A stretch of 63,891 bases of DNA, filler included, from Sphacelaria rigidula (taxonomy: Eukaryota): assembly GCA_964200075.2 (NCBI GenBank). It is 4 parts of 4 records of this genome, joined end to end, with 100 filler letters (N's around TTAATTAATTAA, not from the genome) between each part and the next. Parts side by side here need not be neighbours in the genome. Positions count along the whole stretch, not along the records: positions 1 to 15,904 come from CAXNAA020001554.1; positions 16,005 to 31,905 come from CAXNAA020001555.1; 2 more parts are not named here. One strand, written 5' to 3'. This document shows, piece by piece, positions 12,045 to 25,854 of the stretch. Each line of letters starts with the position of its first letter. The stretch's first letter is position 1. A program made the translations under genes and the position numbers. Under the pieces are notes generated by a model. The model was not told the origin of the DNA. It made no database searches and saw only the letters and a list, made by a program, of their open reading frames with translations.

Positions 12045-12407
12045 GCCCCGGTGGCTCAGTGGGTAATCTCGAAACCTTTTGACGGTTGGGCCGTGGGTTC
12101 GAATCTTGGTGCAGTACATGATCTGGTATTTTTTCTGATACAATACCCAACAGTGGAGAACAACTATGTCGTGGGTACTGTACACAAAATCTGACTTCAC
12201 GGTCGACGAGGGAAAGGGACTGCTGAACCCCTCTCGCGATAACAAAAGAAGGCAAGCACCGCACAACAAAGGTAGAGTACTGAAAAAAAGAAAATCTTGT
12301 GTTGGCCCTCCTCCTGTGTGACCCCGGCTGATGCGCCCACATAAACCGAAAGGTGTAGACCGGCGTCCAGAATAGACGAGATGACACACACACACACACA
12401 CACACAC
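12045..12407 (+). mobile_element. tRNA-derived SINE with (CA)n tail
   Basis: Pol III A-box tggctcagtgg (12052) and B-box ggttcgaatc (12096); no proper cloverleaf; ~270-bp body ending in (CA)~12. Confidence 0.75.
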
Positions 12408-13790
12408 CGAGGAGAAAGAGGCCCTGCCAGAAACAACTCGGCGGCCAAACATTGATTAAAAAGTGGACAAAATGACGAAGCACTCTCGCCAGAGGGGTTG
12501 TCCCAGTTGCTGGGATCGACCACTGGACACTGGGAGACGGGACGCACGAGGAATATAGACCTTGGAATACCATTCCTAGCACTGATTATAGAAACAGCCA
12601 CAAGGCGAGTTGAAAACTGCTGTCAGGACGACCCGCTGTGGACTTGAAAACGAGAACACGAAATCTACGTATGATGCCATGAAATACAAGGGTCGAGTGA
12701 TCACACATCACTCGGCCGGACGGGGGAAACAGCAAGTCTTTCGAGATCACAGCGGAGCGATATTGGGTGGAACGTGTAAACCTGTCAGGGCAAGTGCCGG
12801 TAGGTGCAATACATGCATCCACAATTCTTGGGGAGTCCAGCGCTTTTCGTGTTAGCGTACCTGTTCCACCGCAAATCAGACAGTACATGAACCGAGCAAA
12901 GATGACCGAGAAAGGAAGCCAAATATGAGATATGAGCATACACTCGTACAAAAAAGCAATCTCTGAGCAGGCTCCCTTTCTGTTTCGTCAGTGAACCTGA
13001 GCGTGTCGGTACAGGTCGAGTGCTTGTAAACAACACCAAATATCCCCCATCTGCGACTATCAACGTTCAGCGCTCAAACAGTGCATGCACTAGCTCCTCC
13101 ACCGTTTGCCGAACTTTAGAAGCCAGTGTTTCTCAAGACGTGAGACTCCCCCCGCCACCGGCTACAAAACGTTCTCGTTTGTACTCCACGAAGAAGCCAC
13201 GAGGATGAAACGTGTAACACAAACTAGTACAGACTCGGAGGTACCTGCCGTGTGCTCGACGAGGAATATAGTCATGCACAAGGACATCCTGCAATGCAGA
13301 AGGACGGTAAGTCAATTCACTGTCAAAACACCCCCGGAGGCAGATTTTCGGCGACATTCTCCCTCCCGGAAAGAGGCTTGTAGCCGGCGGCATATACATA
13401 CATTCACAGTTCGTGGATATTTTCAAGGTGAAACAACCAAGCAGGGTACTTTCATTTTTCAGTCTAAACGAAGAGTTCTGAGATAGGCTCTAGCCATGGG
13501 GGTGGAATGACCACACGTCACGTGACAGAAATGCGCGCTCGTTGTAAATCGTCGACGAGCATGTAATCGGCAATAATACATCTGGGAGCAGCGCAGAATG
13601 ACTGCTAGGTGTACAGAAAACATACGTGTATTCTCTTTTTGGGGACGAACGTCCTCGTGACACTACCCCTACGCCTGACCCTAGGGGTACGGTATGTGGT
13701 ACAGTTTCATGATTCATGATTGACGATCAACGTCTCGACGGAATATTTCAGCAAGATTGTAGACGTCAACACACTTTTGATGTGTACCAG

Positions 13791-14940
13791 TCACCTGAAC
13801 ATGACACTCATCACGTCCCGCGATCGCCTTCCGCGCTTCCGCCCAAGCTTCAATGCACTCAATGCTACAGGGACTCGCATGGCCTCCTTCTCTGCTGCCA
13901 CAGCATTACCTCCACGATGACTAGCAGCGGTTTGGCTGACGTTGTCCACTGTTGGCCACAACCAAGAGCGGGCGCGGAACGCCGGTCCCCGAGCGAGCAA
14001 CCGTCGCATTGCCGCCTCGTTGACAGGGTTCCTCGACTGACGGTGGAGTGGTGGCTTTGTTTCTTTCCCAACAGTGCAGAAAGGGGTGGTGCCATCAAAG
14101 TTAGCGATCGTCTCAAGGCACCCTTCCTGCAGCATCGCCAGCACTACCGGCAGAGCAACCGCAGCAGCAGCGTGGTGCAGCGGAACTAATGAGTCAATGT
14201 CGAAAATAGTTGGATTTGCCCCCGACTGTAGCAGCAGTTGCACGATGTCTGCATTGCCGGTGAGACAGGCGAACTTCAGCGGGGAATCCCCGTCCACTCC
14301 GTAGTCTACGTCCGCTCCGTGCAACAGTAGCTCCCTTACGCACTCGACATTACTAGTTAGCGGTAACGAGGCTGAGTGCAGTGCCGTCAGTCCATTGGCC
14401 GTGGCGTTGACCCTCGCTCCAGCTTCGCACATTATCCGCACCAACTCCGGGCGTCCGTAGCGCGCAACATTCATGAGGCAGGTCGCGTTAGCGTAGCCTC
14501 TTGCATTAACATCGACGCCGGCTCTCACCAGCTCCCGCAGCATGTCCTCTTGGTTACCATCACACCCCAGACTAAGGTGCACGAGAGTGCGTCCTTCTGA
14601 AGTCACGCCCATGTCGGCCCCGCTTGCGCACAGAACCCGTACACATGTCACGTGCCCCGCCAGAACTGCCAGCACCAACGCCGTACGCCCTCGATGGTCT
14701 GTCGCAGACATGTCCGCTCCATACTAGCACAAGATCTCCACCATTCTGTCATCATTCCGGCCAACAGCAACCATCAGTGGAGTTGCACTTCCACTCTTGG
14801 TTGTTGCGCGCGCGTTCACGTTAGCTCCCACATCACACAGATACCGGATGACCTCATGCCGCCGGAGCTCACTGCCCATTAGGAGCGCAGTAGAGCCGTT
14901 CTCTGGATGCGTCGCATCTTTATCCGCACCTGCCTCACAG
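13791..14940 (-). pseudogene. Ankyrin-repeat protein of the brown-algal/phaeovirus-related family with GPAFRARSW.WP C-terminal motif; premature stop and missing 5' part
   Basis: About 8 ankyrin repeats (GADKDA..GSTALL; TPLMVAV; GRTALVLA; GLTALHSA; GDSPLKFA). In-frame TAG (EILC*YGADM) at ~14724-14726. Coding pattern stops abruptly at ~14940. Confidence 0.8.
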
Positions 14941-16004
14941 CGTACCGTGGAAATAAAAAATAGTCGATGTTTACGAGAAATCTTACGTCAGGGTCGTCGC
15001 CCCGACCTCTTCTCGGTAGCGTATCCAACTTGTCAGCCAGCGTACTACGATACCTACGAACTGTTCATCATTGCAGACCAACTCAACCATCGCTACTGAT
15101 GTGGAGTGGAGAGGCAACAGCGACGTCGTCATCGACACTTCAACATTCCCGCCTGGGCTTGACCCTTGCACACGGAGGAAGCAGTCGAGGGCCCGAATCA
15201 TGAAAACAACGGGCAGGCATTATGCTGGACATATTATGATATCTTTCAATTCATCACCGGACCATCCGATGATTCCCTGTTGCCCCCTGCTTATATATAC
15301 CCTTTCCAATGTCTCAAACACAACACGACAGGATTTCCACTCGGTATGAACCTGAATAGTAGCATCTCAAACAGTGTCGCCTCCATTGCATTTCACAGCG
15401 AGAAGAAATATGAGGCAGTCCCATCTACAAGAGAGGTGAGTGGCTACCGAGAAATACGCCGAGTTTGGTCACGCGCACAAACGGTTACGGCGTAGACTTC
15501 TGTCCCATAGGTGATGGGGTTTAACATCCCCAGATGACACATTTTCACCCTCAATTTTCTCGACAAAAACAGGCCTTACACCCGGATTGTGGAAATGTGT
15601 TCATACGATCCTCCCTACGGCGTCGCTGTGCGCCCTGCGGCCCGTGCTTTACGAGGAAAATGTACTGGCTTCGATACCCAATACCGTGGCCTTGTCACGC
15701 TGCATTGGTGTGCCCCCCAAAGAGGTATTTCGTATTGTGTGCGGTATTACACTGTACCGTCTGTGTACAGACTCTCATCCAACTTCCTGTGGTTGATTAT
15801 CCTTGCCATAGATGGATAGTTTCACGGTTAGGACAAATCATCACGACTCAAAATCACCAAATTCACGATTTCTTCGGCCTGATTGTCAAAAAAAGAAAAA
15901 AAAGNNNNNNNNNNNNNNNNNNNNNNNNNNNNNNNNNNNNNNNNNNNNTTAATTAATTAANNNNNNNNNNNNNNNNNNNNNNNNNNNNNNNNNNNNNNNN
16001 NNNN

Positions 16005-18950
16005 GGGGGGTGGGGGGGAGGAGTACTCATTCATCGCTTGCCTTAGTCGTTTGACCATTGACCACGCATCCCTTTCGAGACGGAGCACCGTTCCTACTCC
16101 AAATAGAGAAACTTTCAACATTTAGGTGCTCATTAAGTTTCTTCTACTCACTACAAAAAAACTTTTACATATCTTATCCCCGTCCTGTTTCGCCGTCTCC
16201 GGCCACCATCCACCTCCTAGTATAGCCATCGTTTTCTCGCTACTGTCTAATGCATCAAACGATTTCATGCCACCTTTGTTCACGCCCCGCATTCCCTTCT
16301 CTACTGTAGCACGTCCGGTTTCTCTTTGTATAGTTCACATGCTGCCACTATGTGACTGTTGCTCTCTATTCCCTTGCCGCAGAGGCAGTCCATCTACTTC
16401 CTCCTCATTTCGACGACTGGGGTATCTCTTTCCCTTTCATGGCAGGTCCAGGTCCTCCACCCGAAATCGCGGTTTCACTTTTTTCACCGCGTCCATTGGG
16501 CTATGCAAATATGCTTTCATCTCTATCCCCTCTCTTAACCCACTGATCTCCCGGTGTCCTTTCTCGTCTACTTCGCGTCTGGGCGCTCCTTCTCCCCATA
16601 TTTCTACAAATTTGTCGTGTACCCCGTGCCTTCACCTATGGACAGTATTTCGTCTTGGTTTCTCCTATCTCCTTCCATACTTTCTCGACTTCTCTATCCC
16701 GCCTTATTCCAGCCTATCTTTCCGTACTTTTCTTCCATACAGTCTCATCAACTGTAGTTGGCAATCTCTTTCTCTGCATGCCCTTTACGATGTTTTGCCA
16801 TCGCAACTTTCTCGTGCCTCTATTTTAAGTGAGTACATTCCCACCTCTGCTCTTAATGCTGTTTTACTCGTCGTTTTCGAGCATATAAGTATTTCCTTGG
16901 CTGCTGCCATCTGTACTGGTTGCAACTTCTTCACCAGCTTCACGTTCCCCCTCCCATACTTCTGCATAATCCAGCTTTGGTAAATCACGTCCATCAGGAT
17001 ACATCTGTTAATCTTAATACCTGAGTGCGAGTCTCTGAGAATTGCGTCCATCCTGCGTATTCGTGCCTTACCCGTTTCTATTACTTCATTTGTGTGTGCA
17101 TCCTAAGAACAGTTTTTTGAGACCTCCACGCCAAGGTATGTATACTGGTCTACGATCGGCAGTTCCTCTTCTCTCCACTTCCATTTGAACTCCACCGGAT
17201 TTTTCTTATCTTCGTTACATAGTACCGCGCATTTGTGAGCGTTCGCTGTCTCTCTCCATTTCCTAGTGTATTCCAGCGCCTTGTCTATCTGTTTCTGTAG
17301 TCATTTTGCTGTTCCTGAAATCCTCACAAGATTATCGGCGAACATCAATCCTGATACCATATCTTTACCCACCTTGACTCCTTGCTTTGCTGCTTCCATT
17401 GCTACTATCAGGTCATTTATAAATACCTTGAACGAGTGGGCGATAACGTACATTCTTGTGCAACTCCTTGTAAGATATAAAAATATTTTGATATTTCTCC
17501 GTCTAGCACCATAGCACTTTTGGCACATTCTGTCATCTTCTCCACCATTCTCCACATCGTTCCTCTGATCCCAGTTTCTCACAAGTTTTCCGCGGCCCAT
17601 TTCTCCATACCGTGCCATGAGTTTTTTGCACGTCCAGAGAGCAACAGTACGTTGCCAGCCCGGTGTCTTTCCTGCCCTGAATAACCTCACCTAGTGTGTA
17701 CACATGGTCTACGCAACTACGGCTTGGTTTAACTTCTCCTGCTCCTCGCTGATTTTTTCGTTTTTTTGTAGCATCGTTCCTACTCTATCGTTCAGAATCT
17801 TACAGAATGTTTTCCCTCCCGTGTTTAGTACCGTAATCCCCCCAGGATTTCCTCGGTCAGCCTGGTCTCCTTTTTCAAAAGGGTTGACAGACTACTCCTT
17901 CTCTCCACCTCTTGGGTGTGTACTCGTTCATCCAGATCCAGCTATACAGCATAACCATCATGGTAAGCATTCATTCTCCCCCGTACTTTACAAATTCTTC
18001 AACTATTTCGTCTGCCCTGGCTGCCTTTCTGTTCTTGAGTTAAGCTACGCATTCCATTACTTCATCTCTGGTGAATTCTCTATGCGATTCTTTCGAGCCA
18101 CTATCTTCCCGTTTTGACGTCTCCACGTTTGCCTCTGCCCACGCGTTGGTCTCTTTTTCAAATTCCGTGTCGAACTTCGTGTTAGTCTTGGTGTTCCTAG
18201 CTTACGGTAGTGCTCGACTAGCTCTTTCCCTTCGAACTACTGACCTTTGGACCGTTCTGTGCCCGGAGTGTAGCGATCCCCTTGCCCATCTTTCCTGCCT
18301 GATTTCTCAAAATCCCTCTTATAACTACCCCCATTTGTTTCATCCCGCCGTCGAAAAGTTCATTTGTTTCGTTCACTACACCTTCCAAACGTCTTCCTTT
18401 TTCTCGTGTACTACAATATCTTTTTTACTTCCTTCCGAGCTTTGGTATACTCCCATCCTGCCGTAGTTTTACTCGATATGCATCTCGCGTGGGCCTCTCT
18501 GCTTACTCTCACAACCTCTTTCACTTCCTCATTCCACAATTGTCCTGCTCTGTTGCATACCATCAGTTTCCTTGCTACGATTTTACTCGCTGTGTTCTTG
18601 ACCAACTGCTTCCATCCCTGTCGTATCTTCGCTCCTGCCCGATTTCTTTCCATCTCGGTATCAACTGTACCTACGCGTTTCTACAGTTCGGAAAATGTCA
18701 CTGCATTCTTGGTCATCTCTTTTTGGAATTCTTGCTGTTCTTTTTAAATCTAGTTTATCGGTCCTCAATTTATACAACTTCCTAGCCCGCCTATTTCTGT
18801 CAGCTATCGACTGTTGGCTTTCCGTTCATGTTAGGCAGTGATCTGTAGTTCCCACGTCCTCCGCGCATACATGTATTTCCCCCGCTTTACTATTTCTATG
18901 CTCGACCATTACATAAACGGAGCCTTCTCTCTCGTCTTTGCATTTTCTAG
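16005..18950 (-). mobile_element. Degenerate non-LTR retrotransposon (LINE): end of APE endonuclease, RT and C-terminus, with C-rich 3' tail
   Basis: TDHCL (SDH-like) motif at ~18830-18850; RT motif FKVFINDL...GLMFADNLV (17301-17440); KKLQPVQMAAAKEIL..ALRAEVG (16785-17051); many stops and frameshifts. Confidence 0.9.
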
Positions 18951-19884
18951 TCCATGTCCAAATTTTCAGGACCTGGGGTTGCGTGGTCGCAGGACCCCGA
19001 AAACTGGTCAGCCCGTAAGCCGTTCAGTATTGAGTGCCGAGATTATTTTGTTTTGGAGTGTGGAGCGGGTACCAAGCATATCTCGATTCCCAACTTTTGG
19101 AATCAAGCGTTCACTGGGATGAGCGGTGGCACGCGAATACACTGCTAAAAATCGCCGACTGCGAAAAAATTACAAAAATCCCCCATTTTAGCTGCAACCT
19201 ACTGCAGCAACGATTCGCGTGAGCTCTCTCGCATAGCGTACCGACACAGAAACCATAGTAGCGTTCCAAATCTTGGGGCATGGAGTGGAGCGTGGCCGTG
19301 ATGCTGCTGCCGGTCGTGGCGGCTGTCATGTTTTTGCATCGCTTGGCCCCGAATAGGATTTGTGCTACGCAAGTTAGGGTGTCAGTACGTCATGTCAGAA
19401 TAGCTGATTCCAGTCGTTACCATGTGTGGGGATGCCGGGATTATGCACACGCGGGCTATGTCACGAAATCGTCATGTGTGGCAACTTACGGACAGTAAGG
19501 GATGTGCGCTATGGAGCAGCAGATAAAAGCGCAAAAAAAAACGCCACGTAGGGCGATTGAATTCTCGACCATGATAACAATCAATCAAGACGCAGTTCCC
19601 GTCCCTGTAGGAAGCGGCCTCGGGTCAACGGCCGCTTCATGTGAAGATGCGGAAACTTCTACCGGCATGTGATGAATTTCGGAATATTTCACACCGTTAT
19701 CCACATCAAAACAGGTATCATTACCTCGATACATCTTGCGAACGATACATCACATGAATCAGGGGCACCTAACGCCTAACTTACTTTTCCGATTCGGCAG
19801 GCTTCTAGGTTTTGCAAACGGCCCTTTGCCAATAATCAACGTGAGCACGGAAAAGTGCGGTGTCTGTCGTGACATTTGTAGGTC

Positions 19885-22800
19885 AGTGGATAAAAAAGGG
19901 GGTGCATCTCCCAAACTTGAGCCAAAATGAGGTACACCATTAGAGAGGACCCAGTAAGTGGGCTCTGGCTAGACGTCGGGTTTGTTTGCCCTGCGTGCCC
20001 CCTGGATCTCTTGGGTTCCCGATCACGCTTGGTGGACGCAATTCGCAGCGCACACGACAGCAGCGGCGATTAAGAAGGCAGGCTTCCGCTTGAAGTGACG
20101 GTGAACGCCTTTTATGCCGTCTGGCGCATTGGGTGTACCTCTTCGTTTCTACTAATGTTGCTCAACATCCCTTCTTGCTTTGTCTACGACCCCCATTTTG
20201 TCGATCGCATTTTTATCTATTCCCCTTTTGTCTGTTTATGGAAATCGGGCACGCGACATCGCAGTGGTCCTTAGCGTCGACTTTCACGCACATATACCGA
20301 CCAGTGCAGAGAAACAAAGAATATGACGAACTTGTGGCAAACGAGGTGCAGGCGGAATCCAAACGGCGGCAAGAAGCAACGGTTGTTGCGCGCTCGTGAC
20401 GGTCGGGATCCGAACAGGCAACCTGACCAAACTGTGCTGTGTTCTATTTCTGTACACGTCTGCAGGGTATAGTAGTCACCTTGCACGGTAAATGAATAAT
20501 CTGAGCAGTCGATACAAGTTCTCTTTGATAGGAGAAGCTACATGCTTGTAGTGCGCTATACACGTGGACATTTCAATTATTTCGATTATGCTAATTGCTG
20601 CACGTTTTCATCTGGAAGTATCCCTTCTAGCCCCTTTTCGGGCGAGTTGGTCGACCTTTAGCACACGCTACTGTAGACCACCAAAAACAAGTACCGAACG
20701 AAGATAACGCGCTTGCGACGATCAAGATCCAACCGAAATCCAAACACAAGTAAGAAAGTTGGCGCCCTGGAGGCGATTAAAATCCAGACAGAAAAATATT
20801 CTGACGAAACTACGCTACGTAATACTACTGTAGTAGTGAAGTGTGCTACTCTGTACGGTACACAAAAACTCTGTGCTGTCGATGCAGGTTATCTTTGATA
20901 AAAGGAACTAGATACTTGTCATGTGCTGTAGACCTGGATTCGTTCATCCCGCGCTCCTCACGTGCACCCGCTGATTCTGCTAGCTTTCCCGGGTTTTCAT
21001 CTTCAGTATTGGTACCCTCTTTTTTTCCCTGTCCGTGCAAGTTGGAGGGAGTTCCGAACCTCACACGCAAGCTACCGAAGACCAACAACGATGCGTGAAG
21101 ATCAAGGTCCAACCAAGATTCCAACAGCGGAAAGTAACAATAGTGACGCGCTTTCGGCGATGGAGATCAAACGGGCACCTAGCCTGACTGACCTATGCTC
21201 CGCACAACTGCTGTTATAGTATACAATAGTGCCCTCCGCTGTACAGCATGCAGGGCATGGCATCTACCGTGCGCGGCACACCACAACTTTACGTTTTCAC
21301 TGTAAACTCTCTTTGGCACGAGGAGCTAGGTGTTCTAGTGTCAAATGCCGCAGTCAACGGTCGCGAGTGCTGTAACTAGTTGAGGGGAATCAACATCGCT
21401 GTGATAAGGCTACTACTACTCGGCAGTGCGTACCGTGGGACATGGCGGGTGATACCGTAGGCCTGCATCAATCAACCGGGCATCCTGCTAGCCCATACTT
21501 GGTGTGCCCCTTGTAGTCTATTGCTCTTTGTTAAAAAATTCCATGTCGTTTGAATATTTTGCCGTCTCCAGCCAGATTTTTTGGCAAGTGGACGTTTACG
21601 GAAGCCTGAAGCCCGGCGTATTCGAAAATTATTGGCTAGGCTCCTTTACGTGAGGTCATAAATAGTGTTGTGTTGTGGCGATATTTCTTGTTTGGGGGGT
21701 AAAAACAACGTTCAAAAGTTGCATCCCTGTGTGACGAGGCTTTGTGCTCTGGGAAATTATGGGCGTTGACAAGAACAGCCAGCGATTACTTTCGAGTCTT
21801 CACGAAGAGAAAGCGTACGATCGTTTGGACCACATGGCATGGTGTGTGTATGTGTGAGTGCACAGGCGAGAGATTTCCTCTCGTTCATACCTGTCGTTGC
21901 ATCCAAAGCTTCTCGCGTAGTCTCCAGTTCTGAATAATAGTACCACGGCTGTTCTATGTCCGGTTTTTCCTCGCCCTTGTCCTCCCCGTGGCCATGATCT
22001 TGACCTCGATCTTCGTCACCGCCATCTACCTTGCGGTCATCAACCCTGCCGTCGCCGCCCGCCGCTTGGGGAGGTGGGCCAGGTGTAGATGGCAAGGATG
22101 TTCGCGTCCTCGCCGAGGCGGGTGCTGGTTGACCGCCCCCTTGTCCTGACGCTGGCGAAATCGAGAGGACATGCAACATGAAAAATACAGATATCGAAAT
22201 CAGACAGCGCGTATAATCGGATAGATTATAATCGCAGGATGACGAACGGACAAAAGTATGCTGTCCTCCACTCCCGCGCGATGTTATGCGTGTTGTCGGT
22301 GTTTCGAGACCCCGGCGCTCAGGAAAAAGTATAAGCACGAATCGACCTGTTTGTACGACCGAACGGACAGTATCTGCGGTTCTCATTGCCCAACCCGTTG
22401 ATCGCAAGGGCTCCGAGTGAGACGCCAGGTGGACGGGCTTCCGCGGGGGTTCGGAACAGTTGTAGTTGGTGGAGGGACAGCGTCTACGTAAAAAAGGTCG
22501 TTGCCGCGTAAATGCCAGGTGTCATAATCTTCTGTGCACAGGACAGGACCAGCAACACATTGACCGTCACCGTACGACATACACAACAGCAGCCGTGCTC
22601 GCACCAGCGGCACATACTCGTCATGCTTGTGCGAAGATTTCGGCGCACACAGCGAGCGGGCGTATGGCACGAAGAGATTTGCACCCGCCAATCTCAAACA
22701 TGACCAAACATTGCTGCACGCCGAGTAGCCACAAGTTTTTACTCTGGTCCAAGTCTTCACTACCTGGGCGCCACAAAACCACGCATGAATCCTACAGACG

Positions 22801-23790
22801 GCTGTAAATGCTGTACAGTAGGACGCATCTGAGTTGTGACATTTCGGTTACCATCACCTGTCACGGCGAACCTTTGATATTACAAATTGTGTATCGGGAG
22901 GTATTCATAACTGCCCCGTGTTCCAGAAAGGAACTCAATCCTACGATGAAAATTGAACGGCAAACGCGCTACCCGGTCGTGGGGGTTCCTGTGACTACAC
23001 AGCCGCAGGTTCGAACTCTTCGGTGTTCCTGCTCGATCGAACGAATCCGAGCTGTTTCGGTGTGCCATGCCTAGGAGTTTTTCCAGGGGGATTGACACAA
23101 AAGGGGGGTACACCTCGAAACTTGTACCAAGCGGAGGTACACCAAAACGAGAGGGCCCGAGACATGTGATCAGAAGGCTAGACGTCGCAGGGCTCTACCT
23201 CGCGCGCTCCCTGGACCCTCTTGGATGCTCGGACAACTTTTATTCGGACCAGAATCACCGCGCAAAATACAGCAGTGGAGATGAAGAAGGCAGGTTTTCG
23301 CTTTCGGTGGTGGTATGTACCTCCCTTTTGGCGGCCTAGCGCTGAGGGTGTACCTCCTCGTTTATACCGTAGATGGGAAACACGTCCTTTGACCCTGTTT
23401 ACAGCCCCCTTTTGTCCGTTGCCTTTGCACCAACTAACTCGTTCTCGTGTCTTTCTCGACACCAGTGGTCCTAAGGATTCATCTTCATCAAAGTGACGAC
23501 CAAGTAACGAACGACTGGCGAAACGTTACGAAGAAATGGCGGGGTTACGGCAATCGAGATCCAAAAGGGATTTGAATAGCATGACATTACGGAGGTGACG
23601 CTTACGTGATGATCGAGCCGGCAATCAGTCTGGCTGAACTTATGCGTGCTGCGTAGAATTAAGTAGTGGTGTAGCGTCCTTTGCTACACGTATGCAAGGT
23701 ATATCAGCTACCGTTCACGGCATGCGAATAATCTACCTGTTGATTCAAGCTCTCGTTGATGGGAAGGGCTAGATACTTGTGGTGTGGTGC
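19885..23790 (+). repeat. Three diverged direct copies of one non-autonomous element family (~19885-20560, ~20620-20930, ~23095-23790)
   Basis: Shared blocks gaggtacacc...gctagacgtcg...aagaaggcagg (copies 1 and 3) and acggt/c...gtYgat.caRg..Ytc.ttgat...cta.at.cttgt (all three). Confidence 0.65.
21930..22765 (-). pseudogene. Decayed exon-like coding fragments of unknown origin
   Basis: ccag acceptors at ~22763 and ~22152; peptides LWLLGVQQCLVMFEIG../LFVPYAR..GPVLCTEDYD..DLFYVDAV (frameshifted) and a Gly/Asp-rich stretch ending KPDIEQPWYYY. Confidence 0.35.
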
Positions 23791-24048
23791 ACACTTCAAG
23801 ACATTGTTCATGTACTAAATGCTCCAGGTTTTCGTCTAGAAGTGTTCACTCTTGTTCCTCTCCAGACAAGTTGGGCGAGCTTTCGACCAACTCTTAACGG
23901 TGAACAAAAACGGATTCACGAAACTGGATTTGCGGGCGATACGAAGATCTGCAAAGCGCACACGAAACATCTTTTCGACCAAATATGATGGAAATTCTTC
24001 ACACGCCGAACAACGCATGAGTTAACTCAGGTCTGTGATATGAGCCAT

Positions 24049-24175
24049 CCAGGGAAAAAGGGTACCGCTGATTCATACCATATAAGTCAGCTAGTGGAAA
24101 ATGGTACCGCTGAGCTATACAATATAGCTCTGCCAGTGGAAATAGATACCGCTGGGTCATACAGTATATCTCAAC
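24049..24175 (+). repeat. Three ~42-bp tandem repeats
   Basis: cag.ggaaa...taccgctg...(c)atac..tata unit x3. Confidence 0.8.
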
Positions 24176-24510
24176 AGCCGGGTTGTACGAAAATGAGTTA
24201 TATGAGATGACTTGTCCGACGTGTGGAAATCTTCGATTCGAGGTTTCTCGCCAGTAATTATTCTAGCTTCGGGAATCCTAAAAATGTTGAGGAAAACTGG
24301 GGACGTCCATTATGGCACAAGGTCGAGAATGAGGCGTTTGACACCTGTACAGCAGAACCTCAACAAAACACACCGGCTGCACAGCCATCGCGTGGTTTTC
24401 CAATGTTGTATATACAGTACCTTTGTTTCCACCCCAACTATGTCCAGACTGAAACACAGCAGCAGTACAGCCGCTGAGGCAATATCCAACCGCCCTCGCC
24501 GGGTACAAAA

Positions 24511-25854
24511 CGCACCGCAGAACGGCGACAACTACAGCATATAAACGATGGGTGTGGGCACGACGAATCGTGTTCGTTACAGAGACACGACGGCGAACAC
24601 ACCATGGCGCCTTCAACAGTGTGTGGGGAGGACTTCGTGTCGACTACAGTTTTCCACACACTGGACAAAATATTCTATTGTAAAAAAATATACTGCGTAC
24701 AGTATGGAATCTATTGTCTGCTGCAATAGGCGCAATAGTCGAAACTCTAACACAGTACATTTCTTCACAGTGTATTCTGTTGTCCAGGGTATGCAGTTTT
24801 CGTACCGATCGGGACATAACACCAGTACAGTAGTTATGGCCCTCCTCAGCGCGGATCAAATCGTCGTTGCAGGATTCAAACGCACCACCGTGCAGTGCCA
24901 GGCACAGCACAATAATTGTGGGTCTAGGCATGAAGATCGACACAGGTACAACTCCCCGAAGGTGTGGTGCTTTGATGTGGGTGGTGAGTGGTGTGGGTGG
25001 GATGGCCAGATGGGTGCAATGCCCAAGATTTTTGAAAATAATACTAATAGGACGTGAACAATTCTGTTATTTTCCGTCATTTTCTGTTATTTTTGCCTCC
25101 TGTCAATCTCGAGATGGAAAACATCGACGGTATCCTGTCGCATAAGATCACCTCTTATGAGAGCCGTTCGAAACTGAATTGAAAATTATGGACGGCTTTG
25201 AGTGAAGAACACTCGTGGAACAAAATCGTGGACGATTTCCGACAAAAGTGACGGTCAAAATTGAGGACCCATTCACAGTTCGATTGGAAACAAAAACATG
25301 GGAATTGTTATGTTTCATTGTACTACAGCCCAAAACATACTCACGCCCCTTCGCATGTGCTGTAGCTGTCATCGTACTGAAGTGTGATTAAAACTTGCAA
25401 AGACGGTTTGGTCTCCGCTGGGATTGCTCAAGATACTGTCCTGTCGTCATGTTCCGCTCTGAACAAAATAATTGTAGTCGGCACGCAGTACAACGCTTTC
25501 CTGGAAAAGTTGAAAATGCTATGATTTGTTCGTCGGGTGTTGTGTCTTTCGTTACGGTAACGCACAAGGTGCTTCGTGCCCGGACGCATCATGCCTGTGC
25601 TGTAGCTGAGGCAGTAACGTGGTGCGTTTGAACCCCAAGAAGAGGGCTTGATCTGCGGTGGGGGTTTGCATGAACCTGCCGCACTATTGTTGCGTGCCGG
25701 TCGGTACGAAAATTGTAGTGGGCGCGCAGTGCTCTCTACACACTGTTGAAAACGTCGTGGTGTGTTCGCTGTTGTGTCGTGTGTGAAAAGAGCAACATAT
25801 TTCGTGCCCACACCCATCTTCACTATGCTCTAGTTGTCGCCATACTGTGGTGCG
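24511..25854. mobile_element. Non-autonomous element with ~145-bp imperfect inverted arms
   Basis: cgcaccgcagaacggcgacaacta...gatgggtgtgggcacga (24511-24655) is the reverse complement of tcgtgcccacacccatc...tagttgtcgccatactgtggtgcg (25708-25854). Confidence 0.75.

Noticed and set aside
12045-12120. Possible tRNA gene
   Set aside because: A and B boxes are present but there is no pairing acceptor or anticodon stem, and the sequence continues into a body with a (CA)n tail, so it is a SINE
11600-13500. Short ORFs that might be a gene
   Set aside because: No recognisable motif or consistent splice chain
15905-16004. TTAATTAATTAA embedded in N-runs (also ~31950 and ~47948)
   Set aside because: Scaffolding spacer with stops in all six frames; an assembly artefact
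16126-16983. 285-aa + strand ORF, and other long antisense ORFs (56999..58015, 8778..9488)
   Set aside because: Antisense shadows of the LINE, gag or exon on the opposite strand
19520-19640. Pol III-like element on the minus strand (B-box-like motif plus T-run)
   Set aside because: Too degenerate to call a tRNA or SINE
24049-24175. CRISPR-like periodic repeats (also 50060-50370 and 58195-58430)
   Set aside because: Whole units are similar with no unique spacers; no cas genes; eukaryotic TE context
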